Shown: positions 50,581-62,320, numbered from the stretch's first letter. The stretch is DNA of 64,000 nucleotides from Octopus sinensis (GCF_006345805.1 NC_043009.1:69316001-69380000), one strand, 5' to 3'. The notes: generated from the letters alone by a model not told the origin. Made by a program: numbers and translations.

Positions 50581-50617
<37 letters not shown>

Positions 50618-50618
<1 letters not shown>

Positions 50619-50815
50619 GGGAGAGTTTACGAAAAAAAAAACAAAAGACGAAGACAGGTGGTGTACTAAACAAACAGATGTATTAGTATAATGCTCAGGA
50701 ATAGAAAAAGACTTTTACGTTTCGAGCCTATGCTCTTCTACAGAAAGGGACACAGAAAAAAACGAGAGAAACAAGGAGAAAAAAAATGGAGACAGAAAAA
50801 CGGACAAAGATATAT
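50618..50815 (-). mobile_element. Penelope-like terminal repeat fragment
   Basis: Carries a minimal hammerhead-like motif and abuts a (TA)n microsatellite. Confidence 0.55.
50712..50747 (-). ncRNA. Minimal type I hammerhead ribozyme-like motif (variant core)
   Basis: Minus strand: CUUU CUGUAGAA GAGC-AUAG-GCUC GAA ACGU A AAAG, giving a 4-bp stem I, a 4-bp stem II, a loop-less palindromic stem III and a GUA cleavage triplet. Confidence 0.55.
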
Positions 50816-50897
50816 AAAAGTACTAGGCTCATTATTATACTGGGAGATAGTTTCATAGTTATTCTCTTAACAACTATGGATTGACTAGCACTGAATA

Positions 50898-50997
50898 NNN
50901 NNNNNNNNNNNNNNNNNNNNNNNNNNNNNNNNNNNNNNNNNNNNNNNNNNNNNNNNNNNNNNNNNNNNNNNNNNNNNNNNNNNNNNNNNNNNNNNNN
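50898..50997. other. Assembly gap (100 N, true size unknown)
   Basis: Exactly 100 Ns; the flanks belong to different parts of the repeat unit. Confidence 0.99.
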
Positions 50998-51866
50998 TAT
51001 GGCGTTTCTCCGGTATGAATACGTTTATGCACAATTACCGCAGTACGACCAGAGAATGATTTACCACAGATATCACAATGAAATGGCTTTTTTTTGGGAT
51101 GAACACGTTTATGTACAGTTACATCATGTCTATGTGTAAATGCTTTACCACAGATATCACAATGATATTGTTTTTCTGCAGCATGAATTCTTTTATGTGC
51201 TTCTAAAGAATAATTTCGAATGAATGCTTTGCCACAAATATCACAAATAAATCGTTTTTCTCCGGTATGAATACGTTTGTGTACAGTCAAGGCATTATTT
51301 AGAGTGTATGATTTACCACAGATATCACACCTGTAAGGTTTCTCACCTGTATGAATGTGTTTGTGAGCAATTAACTCATCATTTCGAGAGAATGATTTGT
51401 CACAGATATCACAGTGATAGGGCTTTTCTCCTGTATGAATGCGTCTGTGTTTAATTAACTGATTATTTTGATTAAATGATTTACTACAAAAATCACAATG
51501 GTATGGTTTTTCTCCAGTATGAATGCGTTTGTGATCAGTTAAGTTAGTACTTTTAGCAAATGATTTACTACACATATCACATTGATACGGTTTCTCTCCT
51601 GTGTGAATACGTCTGTGTGTAGTTAAAATATCTTTACGAGTGAATGAGTGACCACAGATATCACACTGATATGGTTTCTCTCCTGTATGAGCACGTACAT
51701 GAACAGTCAAGTCATCTGTTCTAGTGAATCTTTTACCACAGATATCACAGTGATATGGTTTCTCTCCTGTATGAATACGTACATGAGCAGTTAGTGTACC
51801 TCTTGAACTTAATGACTTTTTACAGACATCACATTCATATGAAGACTTTGCTAAGCTTTTTGCCAT
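50998..51866 (-). CDS. Tandem C2H2 zinc-finger protein E (10 fingers visible; 3' end in the gap)
   Basis: C2H2 repeats; same N-terminus as D and F; the YSVLVNP read-through past the gap is artefactual. Confidence 0.9.
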
Positions 51867-53744
51867 CTTTTTAGAACCAAAAAATAACAGTTAACTCATT
51901 GAATAATAATTCTTCCTTCTCTCACCACAATATATTATGTTTGCTGTTTTCCTTTCTATAATTTATTTCTAACAAACATTCCTTCTGCTACAAGTCCATC
52001 ATCTGGATGCAAAGTGCTTCATAAATCGATCTTCATATATTTTCAATGCAGAATTGTATTGTACTCATTCCAGGGAATGACACACACAACTGTTGCTAAT
52101 AATCTTACCCAGGGGAAATCTTTCAACCATAATTCATTAAATTTATACGAAAATGGTCAGATTTGTTCAGTATAACATTTTTTGTCTTTAAAAGATGTTA
52201 AATATTGTTGATGCTTCTGTTGTATGATAAACAAAAACGTTGATGCCAGTTTCAGCTTTGATTCTGAAATAAGAAGGAAAACAGTATAAGCTTTCAAGGA
52301 TACATAAACAGCATCAATGTTATTGCTATACTTATAAATTGTACAAGTGAAACCTTGACTAGAACGAATGAACTCCTCCAGCGTATCTCTATCAGTTTAC
52401 AATATAACAGAGCAGAGAAATAAATATATTTTAACAATACATCATATCCTAAAAAGATAACTGCCTGCTTGGCTTCGTGTTGCCTGATGGTTGGAAGCAA
52501 GAGTCACAGGATCATGCAACAAGTGTCGTTTGTTTCCAGTCTTCTGTGAACATGACCAGTGAAGGGACAGCTTTACCTTACTTGGAAACAAGTGAAGGTT
52601 GCAGACAATAGAAAATCTGCCTCAATCCTTGGACATTAAGACAAGCAAAAAAAAAAAGCACAAAGTTATTATATACTAGACAAGTTTATAAGTCATCATG
52701 TTGATGTCAGCTTTTCCATGCTGTCCAAATCATTTGTCTCTAGGAGTTTCCTGATACAAACCCTTTCGTCTCTTATGGCATGCAGGAATATACTGTGTAC
52801 ATCCACATTATATTATGGCACATATAATACTGTGCATATATATAAGATTATCTTTGACTTATGACTACTAGAAGCTAGGACTACCCGTAAGAAACCAATA
52901 AGAGGGAACTGTCCATGCTATCACATGCAATCTGTAGTTGTCTCATTCCACAATCTCAACAATTCTTCAGGACAAGGAACAACCTTTGGGTTCTGAAAGT
53001 GATTCAACAACCACGTGGACAGCAACGATATTATACTTTTCTTCAGTTACAAATATTCTCTTCTACTTTTTAAACAACTGAAATTATCATTTTATAGATA
53101 CTACTTTCAGAATTCCAATCATATTCTTCACACATCCACTTGTGGAAGTCTTGGATAAAATATCTTGCAAATAGCACTCTCTGACAAAACCTGTTGCAGT
53201 GCAGCAGAATTTTTCCTCTCACTCAAACTTCACATTTTCTGGAGGATGCTTAATGGGGAAAATAGTCATAAAAAGTTCATCAGTTGATGTCGAAAATTGA
53301 ACTGATGTATTAAGTTGGCTTAGTAAATTCCTGTTTCTCATTTTTTTCTCTTTCTTTTTATCATGTCATACAAGCAAAATTTTATTTAGAGGGCAAAAGT
53401 GTGAAAAAAGTGTAATTTTGGGATGAAAAATAATCAATAAATATGTGGTAGGCATGGTTTCTTTGTGATATTTACTGGCAACTTGGGAAAGAAAAGGGGA
53501 AAAGATTCTACGAAATGGCATAAGGGTGGGAAAAAAAAGGTGAAGACGAAATGTTAAAAAAAATGGAATTTTAAACAATTGTTTTCTCAGGAATGGAATG
53601 GCAATTTCAGGATGAAGGATGGTGAAGAATTTCTAAAAAATATGTATGTTTTGAAAAAAAAAAAAATGAAAACAAAAATCTAAAGTATATTACAAGTCTT
53701 TCAAAATGAGAAATACAGAAGAATGATGGAAAAAAAAATAGATA

Positions 53745-54110
53745 GGTGCAGGTGTGGCTGTGAGGTAAGAAGTTTGCTTCCTGATCGCATGCTTCTGGGT
53801 TCAGTCCAGCTGCATGGCACCTTGGACAGGTGTGTTCTACTATGATCCAGAGCTTTATGAAAGGATTCGTTAGGCGGAAACTGAAAGAAGCCGGTTGTGT
53901 ATATGTATGGATGGATGTGTTTCACCACCGCTTCACAACTGAAGACGATCTGTTTACGTCATCGTAACTTAACGGTTGGAGAAATAGTAACCGATATAAT
54001 AAGTACCAGGCATTAAAAAATAAGTACTGGCATTGATTTGTTCGACAGAACCTTTGAAGTCGATGCCCCAGCTTGGCCGCAGTCTAATGACTGAAACAAG
54101 TATAAGATAC
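53745..54110 (+). mobile_element. tRNA-headed SINE of a second family, in ZNF-E intron 1
   Basis: ggtgtggctgtgaggtaag A-box-like and gggttcagtcc B-box-like head; tail gatgccccagcttggccgcagtctaatgactgaaacaag. Confidence 0.65.
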
Positions 54111-54658
54111 AGATGGTGAAAGGTGCGATGAAGTGTGAGGTGCATTTGGTAGTTTTTGTTATTTTGTATTATTTCTAATGTGAATTGTAAGTATTTCAGA
54201 AGAGACGGGAAATTGGGAAGGAAATTAATTCCTGTGAATCGTGGCAGTTATTCGGAAGGCGTAACTGAGAGGGACAGAGAGACTGAGACATTTCCAAAGA
54301 AGCAAAGATACTCAATTTCTTTTCTTTTTTCGTTTTTTAAGAAGGCGATTAATATCTTGTTTTGCCAAGTGAGATTCTATAAAATGGTGAAAAATGCTAA
54401 AAAAAAGAAATCTCTGAGCAATTCCCTTTTATTTGCGACAGCTATCTCGAAAGCCAGCGCACTTTTTCCTAGTATTTCTGTGTTTGATAGAAAGGAAATT
54501 CTGATTCTGATCGAAATTTTGGCGGAGAATCGTAAAATATTGAAATGACGAAGAAAAAAACCTTCCCGATTCTTTGCTCTTTTCATTGCCCCAAAGAGTT
54601 ATTCCGAAGATCCGTCCTCAAAATATTTTATATCCATTTAAACACTATAAATACTTAC

Positions 54659-54760
54659 TTTTCCTCGTAGCTTTATAAATTCGATTAAGACGAGAGAAAG
54701 TTCTTCGCCGGAAATGATTTTGGTAGATTCTGGGCGGAAGTAACAGAATCCGGATAAAAC
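54659..54760 (-). promoter_or_regulatory. Putative non-coding exon 1 / TSS region of ZNF-E (intron 52264-54658)
   Basis: Same exon-1 block and GTAAGT donor as D. Confidence 0.65.
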
Positions 54761-54881
54761 AATCATTACTATTATTATTATTATAATGAGAAAACCAAAT
54801 TATGGATACAATTAGTGATTTATTATTACACACAGTTTCGTAGTTATTCTGTTAACAAGTATGGATCGACCAGCACTGAAT

Positions 54882-55122
54882 ATATTTCTTTAATACCCAC
54901 AAGGGGCTAAACACAGAGGGGGACAAACAAGGACAGACAAACGGATTAAGTCGATTACAACTACCCTAGTGCGAAACTGGTACTTATTTAATCGACCCCG
55001 AAAGGATGAAAGGCAAAGTCGACCTCGGCGGAATTCGAACTCAGAACGTTACTGCAGACGAAATATCGCTAAGCATTTCGTCCGACGTGCTAACGGTTCT
55101 GCCAGTTCCTCGCCGCCTATTA
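54882..55122 (-). mobile_element. Young tRNA-derived SINE
   Basis: 13-bp TSD accagcactgaat (54869-54881, 55123-55135); empty site at about 59983-59997. Confidence 0.9.
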
Positions 55123-55374
55123 ACCAGCACTGAATTGGCAGAGCTGCTCAGTCGGGGTTTTTCTTAGACTAAACAACTACGTAGGTGGAATGGAACCTCT
55201 ACGTACTTGGACGATCTGCCAGAAATAACTATGAGATTTTCCCTCAGGTTATACCATTCAATCTTGATTGGAATTCATTAATGTATTTCACGCTACACAA
55301 TACTAAAATGCTGTGTACATGTTTGTAATTAAAACCACGTTAATGCATTTCACTGAGCTGTAGAAATGAGTTGC

Positions 55375-55930
55375 TCAAGGTGGCGAGCTGGCAGAGTCGT
55401 TAGCACGCCGGGAGAAATGCTTAGCGGTATTTCGTCTGCTATTACGTTCTGAGTTCAAATTCCGCCGAGGTAGACTTTGCCTTTCATCCTTTCGGAGTAG
55501 ATAAATTAAGTACCAGTTACGCACTGGAGTCGATATAATCGACTTAATCCCTTTGTCTGTCCTTGTTTGTCCCCTCTGTGTTTAGCCCCTTGTGAGTAAT
55601 AAAGAAATAGGTATTTCGTCTGCTGTTACGTTCTGAGTTCAAATTCCGCCGAAGTAGACTTTGCCTTTCGGGGTCGGTTAAATAAGTACCAGTTACGCAC
55701 TGGGGTCGATGTAATCGACTTATTCCGTTTGCCTGTCCTCGTTTGTCCCCTCTATGTTTAGCCCCTCGTGGGTAATAAAGAAATAGGTATTTCATCCGAG
55801 GTTGACTTTGCCTTTTATCCTTTTGGGGTCGATTAAATAAGTACCAGTTTTGCACTAAGGTCGATGTAATCGACTTATTCCGTTTGTCTGTCCCCTCTAT
55901 GTTTAGTCCCTTGTGGGTAGTAAAGAAATA
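55375..55930 (+). mobile_element. Trimeric tRNA-derived SINE inserted into an older SINE
   Basis: One head and three body units each ending in a.taaagaaata; 13-bp TSD agaaatgagttgc (55362-55374, 55931-55943); empty site at about 60318-60335. Confidence 0.9.
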
Positions 55931-56792
55931 AGAAATGAGTTGCAATGTCACTGGTGCCCAGCTGTATCGGATTTAGACATTCCCTTTGGATAAGCAAGGT
56001 GAGCGGAGGCTGATATGCTAGGGCGACTGCTGGTCGTCCATAAACAACCTTGCCCGGATCTTGTGCCTCGGAGGGAAACTTTCTAGGAGCAACCCCCATG
56101 ATCATTCATAACCCAAGTGGGTCTTTACCTTACCCTTTCATATTTACTGCATATAATAAACGGGATCCGGACAAAAGCGCGAAAGTGGACAAGGGCCCTA
56201 AGGTTATACTTGCCTTTTTAAAAACTTTTATTTGTTGTAATCACTAGACTTTGGCCATACTGGGGCACCACCTTGAATTTTTAGTCGAATGTATCGACCC
56301 CAGAATCATTTTTAGGTGATTTTCAACCAGCACATGAAGTTAAGCCTTTGTATCCTCACATGCTAGAAATAACAGCCAAACATTAAAAAATAATTTTTAA
56401 AAAAAAATTTCTCTTAAACAAAATCGGAAATCGCGTTTATAAAAACATTTTGTTTTCCTAAATTCCAGTTTTGAAGTAAACAAATCTATTCAATCGAAAA
56501 TAAATAAGTAGAATAGAATAACAGAACAGAAGACTCTTTAATACTCAATCTAGATATTGTCTGAATTCTAACAAGAAAGAAAACATTTTCTTCAAGAAGT
56601 GAGTTTCAATGATTCGCCTTCGACGCCAGAATTCTGTTGGAGAAAACAAAAATCTTTTGATTTAGATTTTAAAATGCTGATTTTTCTGCAGCAAAAAATT
56701 CTTCAGTGTGGTGCCCCAGCATGGCCGCAGTCTAATAACTGCAACAAGTGAAAAACAAATTCTGGCGTCGATACATTGAGAACTGTGAGCTC

Positions 56793-56980
56793 GGTGCGCG
56801 CACTCGCGCTAGCTAGTCATGACTAGTCGATCCTTTGTGTTTTTGCGTGTTATTTTCTTTGTTTATAAAATTTATTTACTTTGTGTTTTTGTGTCTCATT
56901 TTCTTTGCTAGGTAGTCGTTGTAGGATCGACTAGTCACGACTAGCTAGCGCGGATGCGCGACTATGCGAGTGCGCGCACC
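56793..56980. repeat. CpG-rich inverted-repeat (MITE-like) element
   Basis: Left arm ggtgcgcgcactcgcgctagctagtcatgactagtcgatcct (56793-56834) is mirrored at 56923-56980 with a 16-bp insert; T-rich spacer. Confidence 0.8.
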
Positions 56981-57251
56981 CGGACCACTGTTCGCTAGTA
57001 TTACCTATAAAAGCGGATGTGAATAGATAAAAGTTGTTGAAATGTGGTTACATTGTATGTGATTGAGGCTGAAACAGAAGAAGAGAGTAAGAAATGCGCC
57101 CGCGATATAATGGGGAAGCAGTAATGGGGCCAAGTGAAAAGGGAGCTGGGCTGTCGTCGGTTGACGAGGGGGAGCAGCGGGAAGAGAGAAAGATCCGTCG
57201 TCGCTCGAACGTTTTTACGCCTCGCTAGCGGTGGTGCCTACCGACGACAGA

Positions 57252-57332
57252 ATGAGGGAGCATGATTCTGCCCTGTTCCTTTTAGCACTTATGGCCCTTG
57301 CTACACTACTCCGCCCCCACCCCACCAAAGCT
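57252..57332 (+). CDS. Putative first coding exon encoding a signal peptide (MREHDSALFLLALMALATLLRPHPTKA)
   Basis: Hydrophobic core, T-K-A end, A at -3, phase-0 GTAAGT donor at 57333, upstream TATAAAAG at 57006; no downstream exon identified. Confidence 0.3.
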
Positions 57333-57622
57333 GTAAGTCGAAAAGGAGGTTTGTCGTAGCAAAGGGCCAACCTGGGGAACAGAAGTGAAAATATCAGGAA
57401 AGGCATGTACATAGTGGAAGGAAAAGAGATAAAAACAGCCCCAACAAGGAAAAAAGAAAATAAAACCTGCAAAAATTAACAGAGGTTCCAAAAGTTTGAA
57501 GACAAGGCGTGGGCCACATGAAAAAATGACAAAATGTGGAAAAAGTCAAAGCATACTAAAATGTTCAAATAAAATGCATAGAAGTATGCCAAGATGCATA
57601 AAAGTCAGGGTACAGCATATGG

Positions 57623-57925
57623 AGTCATCATCATCATCATCATCGTCGTCGTCGTCGTTTAACGTCCGCTTTCCATGCTAGCATGGGTTGGACGATCTGA
57701 CTGAGGGTTGGCGAACCAGATGGCTGCACCAGGCTTCAATCTTGATCTGGCAGAGTTTCTACAGCTGGATGCCCTTCCTAACGCCAACCACTCCGAGAGT
57801 GTAGTGGGTGCTTTTTACGTGCCACCGACACGGGGGCCAGTCAGGTGGTACTGGCAACGACCACGTTCGAATCTTTTACACATGCCACCGGCACAGGTGC
57901 CAGTAAGGCGATGCTGGTATTGCTA
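57623..57925 (-). mobile_element. Young RTE-tail SINE-like copy
   Basis: (cat)n(cgt)n tail, then tttaacgtccgctttccatgctagcatgggttgg...gggtgctttttacgtgccacc. Confidence 0.85.
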
Positions 57926-57959
57926 GAAAACTGTGATATATAATCAAGATGTTGGATCT

Positions 57960-59345
57960 TTCTCAGCGAATTGGTAAACAGAGCAAAAGTAAGGGGTTGG
58001 TAGTCCGTGAATATTGTAAACGCCTTTCCTCCTGACTAAAATGCTTCACTGCAAGATAAATGGTGAGAAACAGCTCCCATGACTTCAGGAAACATTTTTT
58101 CACGCTGAGAGTTGCTGAAGCATGAAACAAACTGCCGGCATCGGTTGTTAGTTGTCGGAGCACTGCATCCTTCAAGACTTCCATGCTTCCTGAGAATCGC
58201 CAACACTACACTTGATTTTCTCCCCTCCATACACACACAAGCATGTTCACTTTCCAGACATTTCTACATTACTGCATGTACTTTATATGCACTGTCTGAC
58301 AAGTTGTGGTGCACCTGAGCACTGTATACAATAATTTCATTATTATTATTATTATTTAAACATGCTATGGTGCTTCTCTGCAGGCTTGAACTGGTGGGAA
58401 TAAAATGCCAGCAGTTAGAGAATTTCTGGGTCAGCTTGCTGTAATACTGCACCGTAGCTGCATCCAATGCATCGACCACAAGTGAAAGCTTTCCATCAGA
58501 TTCGGAGTGTACTAGCATTGAAATGTTAGAGAAGGTCTGTTTGAAAGTCTGAAAACTTGTAACAAGTGGTAGTGGAAGGGAGGTAACTTCGTTCTTCTTT
58601 TTACGATTCTTCAGTAATGGTGTTAAGAGAACTGAATTTTTCTGCACAATTTGGGATGAATCAACGATAAAAATTGACCAAACCGAGGAAATGATGAAGC
58701 TGCTTAACAGAAGATAGAAGAGGAAGCTGCCTGTACCTTCTCTGGGAGAGGAAAAATTCCATCACGGTCGACGATGTGGCCCCAAAATACGGGCGACACA
58801 AAACCAATGACACACTTCACTGGTTTGATTTTAGCTCAATAATCGTGTGGGCAGTGAAAAAGCATTCGGTGGGGAAGATGCCCTTCCTCCTTAGGACTGG
58901 TGATGAGTAAGGGATCACTGAGGCAGAGATGATGTCGAGACTGCAAATGAGCTCATCTATAAACCTTTGAAAGGTGCTAGTTGCATTAACCAACCCAAAA
59001 GGCATTGAAAGGATTTCGAATGAACCAAAAGGGGGTAGTAATGGCAGCCTTTGACATACCATGTAGATCTAAAGGAATCTGGAGATACGCCCGGAAGACA
59101 TCGATCTTAGAAAAGACGGTACTACTGTGCAAAGTAGAAGAAAAGTTCTGCAGTAGTGAAACAGGGTATCTACCCGGGTTCGAAATAACATTTAATCTTT
59201 GAAAATCCCCAAATGGGCGGAAATCAGAATTTGCCCCAAAGAACAAATAAGATTTGCAGCAAATTCCGTTGTTCTGCTTCTGAATATTGCAATGACTCAT
59301 AAAGCAGAGGTTTTGCATTCTCCTGTTCTTTGTTCTTGATACAAT
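57960..59345 (-). mobile_element. Gypsy LTR-retrotransposon pol remnant (RT-RNase H)
   Basis: RPFGDFQRLN..PGRYP..FSKIDVFRAYLQIP..KAAITTPF, MPFGLVNATSTFQRFID, LSLVVDALD and ELFLTIYLAVKHF; frameshifted. Confidence 0.85.
58075..58357 (+). mobile_element. CR1-like LINE 3' end inserted in the Gypsy RNase H
   Basis: RKHFFTLRVAEA.NKLPASVVSC motif, 3' UTR and (ATT)n tail; splits the KHHSMF / ELFL Gypsy motif. Confidence 0.75.
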
Positions 59346-59460
59346 TTGCAATCTTATATGATTCTATACCACAATATTTTTAAATAAATGTAAAACATCA
59401 GGCTCCTCCTATAACTGAGAAGATGGCTGATGGTGTTATTAGAGAGGATGAGGATGTACC

Positions 59461-59590
59461 TTTATAAATTCGATTAAGACGAGAGAAAGTTCTTGGCTGG
59501 AAATGATTTTGGTAGATTCTGGGCGGAAGTAACAGAATCCGAATAAAACAATTATTATTATTATTATAATGAGAAAACCAAATTTTGGAT
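59461..59590 (-). pseudogene. Orphan, donor-less copy of the ZNF exon 1/promoter
   Basis: Near-identical to 54672-54800 but cut before the GTAAGT donor; no ZNF body follows. Confidence 0.7.
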
Positions 59591-60229
59591 ATACTTAGAG
59601 TCGCGTGCACTCCATCCATTTCCGATGTTTTTTATTTTATTTAATTATACCCAAGATTTTTTCCGGTTTTCTATGCTTTCAATGTAGGAGAATAAGATCT
59701 TACCCAAAATTTTACCCCCCATCATTTCTTAATTTTTTCCGAATTCTAAAAATACAGAAATTATGAATCTAGAAATTTCTGTTTTTAAATTTAATTTTTC
59801 TTAAAAGAAAGAGTCAAGGCCCCTCCCCCAAGGTCGCCCACTCACGACTTCCCCGCTTTCAAAAAGCTGAAAAACTCCAGCTGTTTCACTTTCGTCGGAT
59901 GCTTTGCACACGTTTCACCTTCGCCCACTTCGACATTTATTACACGTAGTTTCATAGTTATTCTGTTAGCAACTATCGATTGACCTGCACTGAATAGGTA
60001 GAGCTGATCAGTTATGGTTTTTCTTGGACTAAACGACGACGTAGGAGCAATGGAACCTCTACGTACTTGCACAATCTGCTCGAAATAACTGTCATATTTC
60101 CCTCAAGTGATACTGTTAATCTTGGATCGGAGGACTATGTTCATTAATGTATTCCTCGCTATACAATGGCATAATGCTGTGTACGTGTTTGTTATTAATA
60201 CATACAATATATTTGTGAAAATATACTAC

Positions 60230-60520
60230 AATCATGAGTTCGATTCCTGGACCAGGCTGTGTGTTGTGTTCTTGAAGAAGACACTTTATTTCATGTTGCT
60301 TCAGTTTACTCAGCTGTAGAAATGCGTTGCAATGTCACTGGTGCCAACCTGTATCGGATTTAGACATTCCCTTGGATAAGCAAGGTGAGCGGAGGCTGAT
60401 ATGCTAGGGCGACTGCTGGTCGTCCATAAACAACCTTGCCCGGAGTTGTGCCTCAGAGGGGATGTTTCTAGGAGCAACCTATGGTCATTCATGACGGAAG
60501 TGGGTCTTTACCTTACCCTT
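60230..60520 (+). mobile_element. SINE with a CORE-like middle, paralogous to the split copy at about 55335-56135
   Basis: gagttcgattcctgg B-box; gtgttcttgaagaagacactttatttcatgttgcttcagtttactcagctg. Confidence 0.55.
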
Positions 60521-61249
60521 TACGCTTTAATGTTTATTACATATAATAAACATATTTAGGGTCACTGTGCATTCAAACGGATGATGAATTCGTACTCTCA
60601 TTATGAACGAAAAAAATATGCCCCGACCCCCTCTCGGTGTAGTTTAAGGAAGATTTGACTGCTATTTCTAGTAGGTTTAGAGACCACGTAAAGTTTTCAT
60701 CTTTCTTGTCTTTGCCGATTTCCATGACAACAGACAGGTCCCACCTAAAGTACGTTGGCAATAAATGTCTTTGATTGGCCTACATTACAGAACTGTATAT
60801 GTTTGTGACTTCTTTATTAAGTTCGAGAAGGAAAATATGAATACGATTTCCATCACCAGAATGCGAAGACTAGATTGATTTTTTTAAAAAAAGAATTTTA
60901 TAAAAATGTGAAAAACATCAACTGATTGGAGAAAATTTAACAAGTTCCCCAGAGGTAACGACTAAATTGCTCACACTAGAATATCTTGAACCTATGTCTG
61001 CTCAGCTGGACTGAGCTGGGGCTAGTGACTAACTGTTTCTAAGTTAAACGTAAGGGCAGCAATCTGGGAGGAGAGATTTAGACACAAGTGCTGATTCTAG
61101 CACTTCACTGGTACTTTATTTCATAAGCTCCAGAGAGATGAGAGTCTACTGCTCTGACACCGCCAGATCCAATGCAGCAAACAAATAACGGTAAATGAGA
61201 GTTCCAGAGATTACTATGCTATTGTCCGCTGTTCTGTAATTTCCTAAAT

Positions 61250-61720
61250 GCAAGCCAACCCAATTGAAAGTGGCTGCAGTGGAGCAGTACATGTGAGGAG
61301 CACATCGGAAGCTGAGTCTCTCAAATGTCTTTATGGCTCATTAAAAGTAGTCGATAGTTTTTGTTACCTTGGAGATGTAACTAGCAAGAGAGGTGCTAGG
61401 GTAAGTACTAGTTGGGGAAAGTTCAGGGCTATTGCCACTGTTAACTACAGAGATCTTTTTTACTAATGGTGAATGGTTGGTCTTATGATGCTTGTGTTGG
61501 AAGTGCAATCCTGCATGGTAGTGAGGTATGGGCCTCGAATGTAGAGAATTTGGTAAGGCTGGAAAGAAACAAAGCAAGTCTGCACAAGTGGATGTGTTTC
61601 AAAGACTTAGTAGAAAGGTGCTGAGTGAAAAACTGGGTATAACAGGAATTAGATGTTGTGTTCAAGAAAGAAGGCTGCACTGGTATGGACAGGTGATGCG
61701 TATTCATGAAGACAGCTGTA
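61250..61720 (+). mobile_element. Old RTE fragment (ZNF downstream marker)
   Basis: VDSFCYLGD and LHWYGQVMR in broken frames. Confidence 0.75.
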
Positions 61721-62320
61721 TAAGTACTGCTGACTTAATGTACTCCACCAACTTTGTCTTGACTACATTACATCACCACTACAAAGCCACCGTCATCACC
61801 ATTTCATCTACAATATCATCCTTTTATTTACATCTCATTCACTTCCTCGTAACATCAGATCACATCTTGTATCAAACAGTGTCAATAAATTAAATGGCTT
61901 TAAAGTAAACAGTCGGTGAAAACCAGTTTAGAAAACGTGCAAACAAGACTTGCTTTTTGAAAAATAAAAAGAGAATAATTTCAGAGTAAACCATTTTTAT
62001 TTAGAGTTCAAATTAATATGAAAATCATAAGATGATGATGATGATGATGATAACGTGGTCCAACAAATTCCAGCATTGACACTGGCCATGAAAAAAAAAA
62101 CATTGATGATGATAATTCAGAAAATTGTTCCACCAGTTTGTTTTTATAGCCACAATCCAGATAGATAGGTACATGACATACTTCTATCCTATTATAACAT
62201 GATGAAATACTATATGTTATCAATTGTTTATTCCTTATTATTTGGTTTCATACATAGGTATGAATGCTTACAATTAAGGGATTTTTCAGTCTTTTACTCA
62301 CCGCAAAGAAATTCTTTCTC

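Noticed and set aside
50874-50997. C-terminus of ZNF-E across the Ns
   Set aside because: Artefact of translating through the gap.
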